Positions 58,431-64,000 of a stretch of DNA of 64,000 nt are shown here, in pieces. The stretch covers positions 1,056,001-1,120,000 of the forward strand of contig OY762897.2 in assembly GCA_963666515.2 (NCBI GenBank). Direction: 5' to 3'. The translations under genes and the position numbers were made by a program. The DNA comes from Candidatus Binatia bacterium. GTDB taxonomy: Bacteria; Desulfobacterota; Binatia; UBA9968; JAJDTQ01. The notes below the pieces were generated by a model that did no database searches, was not told the DNA's origin, and saw only the letters and a program-made list of their open reading frames with translations. How positions within the stretch are numbered: the stretch's first letter is position 1; every line of letters begins with the position of its first letter.

Positions 58431-59016
58431 GGGGAGGGGTGGTCGCCAAGGGCACGGCCGCGCCGTTGAGGGTAAGCTCCGGCACCACCTCCACCGGGCG
58501 CCGCAGGGTGTTGGTGGTGTAGCACGACCGTTCCAGCGCCTCGGCGAACTCGACGATGCGGTCGCGGTTGTCGGGGCTTTGCAGGTCGAGCCGGTAGACC
58601 AGACGGGTGCACGCCGACGGCACGTCCGACAGCCCGAACTTGCCCTTCTGGTCGAACTCGCCCCGTACCGACATCTCCGCGCGCTCGATACGGATGTCCA
58701 TGAATGACGCCAACTGCGTCACTTGGCTGAGCATTCAGAAGCCGATGGAGGCGACGAAATACTGGAGCGGGGCCGCGCCCTTGCCGGTGCCGCCGCGCGA
58801 CTCCGGCTCGTCGCACAGGATGGTGTAGCCTTCCGAGGTCTTGGCCTCTTTCAGGTGGTCGTTGACCAGACGGATGCACGCCTCGTGCACCGTGACCGCC
58901 TTGGACGGATCTTCCCGGTAGACTTCCCGGCGGCGCTCGAACACCGCCTTGTGGTGGCTGTAGTCGATAGAGCAGCAGCCGGGATCGTCGAGTTCCCGTT
59001 CTTCGTCAATGGCCAT
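58402..59016 (-). CDS. OsmC/Ohr-family protein, probable selenoprotein (UGA at 58735-58737)
   Basis: Two in-frame ORFs joined by one TGA: DEP..GGTGKGAAPLQYFVASIGF-U-MLSQ...ERSCYTTNTL; SECIS-like hairpin follows. Confidence 0.82.
58704..58722 (-). ncRNA. Candidate bacterial SECIS element
   Basis: GUGACGC-AGUUG-GCGUCAU, loop starts 19 nt after UGA. Confidence 0.6.
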
Positions 59017-59132
59017 GTTTCCTCCGTTTCCGTTGCGTCCGTCCCTGATTCTTCGCCGGAAACCCCGCCGTGTGTCAAACCGGCGGCAACGATCCCTTGC
59101 CTGTCGCGGAATTCCCGAGTAACAGGTGACCC

Positions 59133-60482
59133 ATGTCGCAGGACCTCAGAAGTTATCTGGAGTTGGTGGAAGCGAAGGACGAGCTGGTCAGGGTCGCCGA
59201 CCCCGTGGACCCGCGCTACGAGGTGAGCGCACTGGTGGCGAAGCTGGCGCGGGAACGCCGCCGCCGGCCGGTGCTGCTGCTGGAGAACGTCAAGGGCAGC
59301 GCGCTCCCGGTGGTGACCAACCTTCACGCCAGCCGGCGGCGCATGGCGCTGGCCATGAACTCCGAGCCGCGGGAGGTACAGCGGGCCTTCCTGAAAGCCA
59401 TGGAGCGCCCGGTGGCGCCGGTGGTGGTGGACGCCGGACCGGTCAAGGAGGTGGTGCGAACAGGCGCGGACGTCGATCTGCTGGCCCTGCCGCAGATCGT
59501 CCACCACGATGCGGATGCGGGCGCCTACATCACCGCGGCCATCTCGTTCGCGAAGGATCCCGAGGACGGCACCTGGAACTGTGCCTACAACCGTCTGATG
59601 ATCATGGGGAAGGACCGGACCTCCATCCATATCACGGCGTCGAAGCACCTGTGGGAGTTCTACCAGAAGGCGGAGGCCAGAGGCGAGGTGCTGCCCGTGG
59701 CCTTTGCCGTGGGGGTCCACCCCGCCATCGGCCTGGGAGCGCTGGCCATCGGCTCCATCGACGAGGACGAGCGCGCCATCATGGGCGGGGTCTTGGGGAA
59801 GCCGCTGGAGCTGGTGCGTTGCGAGACCTCGGACCTGCTGGTGCCGGCCCACGCGGAGATCGTGCTGGAAGGCGAGATCCTGCCGGGCGAGCGTACGCCC
59901 GAGGGGCCGTTCAGCGAGTTCACCGGCTACAGCCTGGGCGAGCGCCAGCGCGAGGTGGTGCGCTACAACGCCGTGACCATGCGGGAAGGAGCGCTGTTCC
60001 ACGATATCTCGGTGGCGCAGGTGGACCACCTGCTCTTGTCCACCATTCCCATGGAGGCGAACCTCTACCGCGCCGTGCGCGCCATCGTGCCGTCGGTGAC
60101 CGCGGTGCGCGTGCCCGCCCCCTATAGCTGCTACGTCGCCATCGAGCAGCGGGTCTCCGGGCAGGCCAAGAACGCCATCCTCGCGGTGCTGGGAGCCGAC
60201 ATGTACATCAAGCGGGTGGTGGTGGTGGACCACGACGTCAACATCTTCGACGACCGGGAGGTGGCTTGGGCGTTGGGAACGAGATGTCAGGCGGACCGCG
60301 ACATCACGGTCATCTCCAACACCCGCGGCTCAGACCTCGACCCCTCCACGGACTCCGACGGCTACACAGCCAAGTGGGGCGTCGACGCCACCGCCAAGCC
60401 TTCCCTCGCGAAGTACACGCCTCGCAACCGTATCCCCCAAGACGTTCTGGAGCACATCGACCTGGACAAGCTGGGGTTTTAA
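59133..60482 (+). CDS. UbiD-family prFMN decarboxylase
   Basis: DAGAYIT, AEIVLEG, EGPFSEFTGY, VVVDHDV, GSDLDPS, DAT. Confidence 0.93.
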   Translation: MSQDLRSYLELVEAKDELVRVADPVDPRYEVSALVAKLARERRRRPVLLLENVKGSALPVVTNLHASRRRMALAMNSEPREVQRAFLKAMERPVAPVVVDAGPVKEVVRTGADVDLLALPQIVHHDADAGAYITAAISFAKDPEDGTWNCAYNRLMIMGKDRTSIHITASKHLWEFYQKAEARGEVLPVAFAVGVHPAIGLGALAIGSIDEDERAIMGGVLGKPLELVRCETSDLLVPAHAEIVLEGEILPGERTPEGPFSEFTGYSLGERQREVVRYNAVTMREGALFHDISVAQVDHLLLSTIPMEANLYRAVRAIVPSVTAVRVPAPYSCYVAIEQRVSGQAKNAILAVLGADMYIKRVVVVDHDVNIFDDREVAWALGTRCQADRDITVISNTRGSDLDPSTDSDGYTAKWGVDATAKPSLAKYTPRNRIPQDVLEHIDLDKLGF

Positions 60483-60532
60483 GCGCCTGCGTCGCAATGT
60501 CTTGGGCGGATTTGGCTTCTCCCTGGCCGCAT

Positions 60533-61036
60533 TCATTCGCGGTGCCGCGCCCCCAGCAAGTACTTGAACCGAGGCACCCAGGAGCATTTCCGAAACTCTT
60601 TCGGGAACACGTCCTCGAACGCCGTGAACTCCGTCGAGTGCCGTCTTCCCTGGTTTCCCGGGAACAACACCACCGGGAGGGACCTCAACTTCGGGGACCC
60701 GGGGTTGTCGTGCCGGTCCGCGTCCCAGATGCGCAGGCAGCACCCCAACAACCGGACCCGCATCTTCGCATCCGGTGTCGATGGATCCTGGAACAGGATG
60801 TACAGCCGCGTCCGACCCTTTCCCTCCCTGATGCCGACCTCGAACAGCAGGTCGGCTTCGTTTTCCAGCGGGGCGCCGTCCAGGAATGTTCCCTCAATGA
60901 GTCTGAGGCTGTTCCAGTCAATCTCGTCGCTGACGTGCCGGGGCAGGACTGAACGGAGAAGGCCGGCGGCTTCCGCGGCGTTGGAGAAGTCTCTGCGGAA
61001 CAACCGGTCATGGGGGTGTTCGATGTCTTCGGCCAT
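60533..61036 (-). pseudogene. Rpn (YhgA-like) PD-(D/E)XK nuclease, truncated/degenerate
   Basis: HPHDRLF, EADLLF; expected LEHQS reads FQDPS; only 167 aa. Confidence 0.75.
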
Positions 61037-61192
61037 GTTTCAATCTCCCGAATGTAAACAAGAGTGGCGGGGAGTGGGAACATCCCGGTCCTATAGACAG
61101 GAATCGGCGCGGCGCCACGAAACTTTAGCTTTTTGCCCCGGCCGACTCGTCCAGGGGTGCCGTTGCCTCTGAACACTCTCTCGGCGACCGCG

Positions 61193-61220
61193 GGGCCTAG
61201 CCGTGGGCCCTTCTTTTTTT
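61193..61220 (+). terminator. Intrinsic terminator
   Basis: GGGCCTA-GCCG-TGGGCCC followed by TTCTTTTTTT. Confidence 0.7.
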
Positions 61221-61262
61221 CCGGATTCACATGCGGCATTATTCCGTTCTTCGGCGACCCAT

Positions 61263-62732
61263 ATGACGCCTTCTGAACCTATTGCGCCTACGCGTAACTT
61301 CGTCTGCCTGCTGGAGGAAACCGCGGCGCGCTTCCCGGACAAGCCCGCGCTGGTCTGTCCTGACGAGACGCTCACGTACCGCGCGCTGCATCAACGCGCG
61401 GCCGGGTTTGCGCGGGGACTCGCGGACGAGGGCATCGCGCCCGGCCACCGAGTGGCGTTGGTGCTGCCTAACCACTGGACCTTCGTAGTGGCGCTGTTGG
61501 GCATCTGGAAACTCGGCGCCACAGCGGTGCCGTTGAGCCCGTTGCTGAAGCCCGAGGAGCGGGCGGCGATCCTGGCGGACGTGGACCCGGCTTGGGTGGT
61601 GGAGCGTGTGGAGGCGGGGGCCGGCCTGTGGACCACGGCGGCGGACGGCGCCGCGCCGTCTCATTTCGGCTACAGCTCCGGCAGCACCGGCCGGCCCAAG
61701 GGCGCCGTGTTCAGCCACGCGGCCCTGACCTTCGCGAACCACTCATGGGCGGACATGATGGCGGTGGTGCCCGAAGACGTGGTCTTGTCGGTGCTGCCGC
61801 TGCCCCATTCCTTCGGTCTGAACGGCTCTCTGCTGGCTCCGCTGCTCAGGGGCGCTACCGTGGTGCTGCCCGGTGGATTCGCACCGGACAAGGTGCTCGC
61901 GGCCTTCCCAGAGCACCGCGTCACCCTGTTCCTGGGCGTCGCTACCATGTTCCGGCGGCTGTTGAGCGCGCCGGAGTTCGCCGGCGCGGACCTGTCTTCG
62001 TTGCGCCTGTCGGTGTCGGGCGCCGCGCCCTGTCCGTGGGACCTGGCGTCGGAGTGGCGCCGCCGTGCCGGCCACCGCATCCTCCGGGGTTACGGCATGA
62101 CCGAGTTGTTCCGGCCCATCTCGTACCTGGCGTCGGAACCGGAGGACCGGCCGGAATGCATCGGGCGCGCGGTTCCGGGCGTCGATGTCCGGGTGGTGGC
62201 GGACGAGGGCGCGGAGTCCGGGGAAGGGGACACGGGGGAACTCTGGATCAGGACGCCGGCGGCGCTGCAAGGGTACTGGAACGATCCCGCGCCGGTGCTG
62301 GAGGACGGTTGGTTCCGCACCGGCGATCTCGCCCGGATCTCGGCTGGCGGGTTCGTGGAGATCACCGGGCGCTTGAGGGAGCGCATCCTGCGGGGCGGCT
62401 ATTCGGTCTTCCCCCAGGAAGTCGAGGCGGTGCTGGCCGAGCACCCGGATGTTGCCGAGGCCGCGGTGTCGGGGGTGCCGCACCCGGAACTGGGCGAGGA
62501 GGTGGCGGCTTTCGTGGTGGCGAAACCGGGTACGAGCCCGGGAGCGGACAGCCTTGCGGCCTGGTGCGCGGAGCGTCTCGCTCGCTTCAAGTACCCCCGG
62601 CACGTCCGTTTCGTGCCCGAGCTGCCCAAGGGGGCCACCGGGAAGGTGCTGAAGGCGGAGCTTCTGCGGGGTTGGGGCGCGGAGAAAGGGAAGGGAGAGG
62701 AGCCGCAGGCTCCCCGCCCCTCCCTCAAATGA
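61263..62732 (+). CDS. AMP-dependent acyl-CoA synthetase
   Basis: YSSGSTGRPKG, GYGMTE, WFRTGD, LPKGATGK; start uncertain. Confidence 0.92.
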   Translation: MTPSEPIAPTRNFVCLLEETAARFPDKPALVCPDETLTYRALHQRAAGFARGLADEGIAPGHRVALVLPNHWTFVVALLGIWKLGATAVPLSPLLKPEERAAILADVDPAWVVERVEAGAGLWTTAADGAAPSHFGYSSGSTGRPKGAVFSHAALTFANHSWADMMAVVPEDVVLSVLPLPHSFGLNGSLLAPLLRGATVVLPGGFAPDKVLAAFPEHRVTLFLGVATMFRRLLSAPEFAGADLSSLRLSVSGAAPCPWDLASEWRRRAGHRILRGYGMTELFRPISYLASEPEDRPECIGRAVPGVDVRVVADEGAESGEGDTGELWIRTPAALQGYWNDPAPVLEDGWFRTGDLARISAGGFVEITGRLRERILRGGYSVFPQEVEAVLAEHPDVAEAAVSGVPHPELGEEVAAFVVAKPGTSPGADSLAAWCAERLARFKYPRHVRFVPELPKGATGKVLKAELLRGWGAEKGKGEEPQAPRPSLK

Positions 62733-62736
62733 TGAC

Positions 62737-63786
62737 CTACTTGTTCGACTTCCTGACCAGGAAGGACAGGCTCTCCCGCACGTGCTGCGGCATGTTGATG
62801 ATCCCGTCCACGAGCTTCTCCACCTCGGCGCCCGAGACAGGGGTGATCAGGATCTTCGACTTCTTGGCCTCGGCCAGCAGGTTCGGGTCCTTCAGGGTCT
62901 TCGCGTAGGCCGTCCGCAGGATCTTCACGCGGTCCTTGGGTGTGCCCGGCGGCAGCGCGAGCATCCGCTGGAACGCCATCTGGAACGCCCACGAGTTGTA
63001 GAGCTGGAGGGCTTCCTTGTTCAGCACGTCCTTGAACAGCGGTATGTTCTGAATCTCCGGGTCAGGGTAGGTGTGACTGTCGATGACGAAGGGGACCAGC
63101 TTCTGGTCGCCCTCGGCGTCCAGCATGCTCCGGGCGGTGACCCGCATGGATTCCCACTGGGAGCAGAAGCCGTCCACCTCGCGTCCCTCCAGCGCCAGCC
63201 GTATGGTCGCCGTCCCCCGGTAACCGGTGACGATCTTGAACTTGGTGCCCATGGCCTTGTTCAGGATCGCCGGGATGTCGTGGCCGGTGGAGCCCGCCCG
63301 GGTGGCGCCGATCTTGATGGGCTCCTTGGAATTGATGACGTCCTTCCAGGTGGTCTTGCCGGAGAAGGCCATCATCATGCACACGATCTCGCCCTTGCTG
63401 GGGGCGCCCGCCCATTCCATCTTGTCGAACGGCACCGCGCCGGCCTTCTTGTCGCCCAATGCCGACTGCACGATGAGGGAGTTGTTGAAAACCGCGCCGG
63501 AGAGGCCGTCGGGTTTGGCCCGCCGGCCGATGTAGGTGGCCGAGATCAGGCTTCCGGCCCCGGTCATGTTCTGCACGAGCGTGGTGGGGTTGCCGGGAAC
63601 GTACTTGCCGAAGTAGCGGGCGATCAGCCGGGTGTAGGTGTCGTAGCCGCCTCCGGGGGAGAAGCCGACGATGAAGCGGAACGTCTTGTTCTTGTAGAAG
63701 TCCTCGGCGTGCGCCGCGCTACCCGCGAACACCGCGGATCCCAGGATGATGGCCGCGGCCAGGGAACGTAAACCCTTGCGTGTCAT
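62737..63786 (-). CDS. Bug/TctC tripartite tricarboxylate transporter substrate-binding protein
   Basis: Signal peptide, FSPGGGYD, NMTGAG, KPDG, GYRG, PPGTP. Confidence 0.92.
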   Translation of the reverse strand: MTRKGLRSLAAAIILGSAVFAGSAAHAEDFYKNKTFRFIVGFSPGGGYDTYTRLIARYFGKYVPGNPTTLVQNMTGAGSLISATYIGRRAKPDGLSGAVFNNSLIVQSALGDKKAGAVPFDKMEWAGAPSKGEIVCMMMAFSGKTTWKDVINSKEPIKIGATRAGSTGHDIPAILNKAMGTKFKIVTGYRGTATIRLALEGREVDGFCSQWESMRVTARSMLDAEGDQKLVPFVIDSHTYPDPEIQNIPLFKDVLNKEALQLYNSWAFQMAFQRMLALPPGTPKDRVKILRTAYAKTLKDPNLLAEAKKSKILITPVSGAEVEKLVDGIINMPQHVRESLSFLVRKSNK

Positions 63787-63872
63787 GGATGTCCCTCCGT
63801 TCTGTGTTTTGCGGCGTCATCGACACCGAGCCCCTTCGCTACAGAAGTGACGCGGCCATGTCAAGACGCTCG

Positions 63873-63915
63873 TTGAGAAACGCCCGCGCCGGTGCTATGA
63901 AACCAACCACGGAGG
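63873..63915 (+). promoter_or_regulatory. Candidate promoter and RBS for the glutaredoxin-like gene
   Basis: TTGAGA-17-TATGAA with TG extension; GGAGG at 63911. Confidence 0.45.
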
Positions 63916-63920
63916 CACAC

Positions 63921-64000
63921 ATGGCAGAATCCATCGTCCTGTTCACGCAGCCCGGTTGACCGCCTTGTCATCGAGAGAAGGAGTATCTTTCTCAAAAAGG
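63921..64000 (+). CDS. Glutaredoxin-like probable selenoprotein (UPPC), partial
   Basis: MAESIVLFTQPG-U(TGA 63957-63959)-PPCHREKEYLSQK; TGA in first position of CxxC. Confidence 0.8.

Overview
High-GC bacterial chromosomal window. The gene mix (Bug/TctC, UbiD, LLM, MFS, amidohydrolase, Mrp and Na+/Ca2+ antiporters) suggests a marine deltaproteobacterium-like heterotroph; this is inference only. The backbone carries a Mo-bisPGD oxidoreductase with a fused Fe-S/NrfD partner, a CoA transferase, mrpABCDEFG, an atypical SdhA-like pair, a CoxMLS-type molybdenum hydroxylase, transporters and catabolic enzymes. At 31.4-49.0 kb lies a nested defence island. A DUF499 ATPase / small helical protein / DUF1156 methyltransferase / PLD-SNF2 restriction-like operon is split by about 8 kb of cargo: a RelE/ParE TA pair, a Septu-like ATPase+HNH pair, and an unnamed ATPase + ATPase-wHTH-14xTPR pair with its own repeat-decorated promoter. 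The cargo site shows copies of the upstream gene's 3' end. A reciprocally decayed duplicate of the TA cassette lies at 24.6-25.8 kb, and IS3-type inner ends bracket 25.9-49.0 kb. Two probable selenoproteins are missed by the ORF track: an OsmC-like protein (UGA at the catalytic Cys position) and a UPPC glutaredoxin. Both have SECIS-like hairpins. Three kinds of REP-like palindromes occur, and three of the four copies overlap gene 3' ends. No tRNA, rRNA, CRISPR array, integrase or intact transposase was seen. All family calls are from motif recognition by eye, not database searches.
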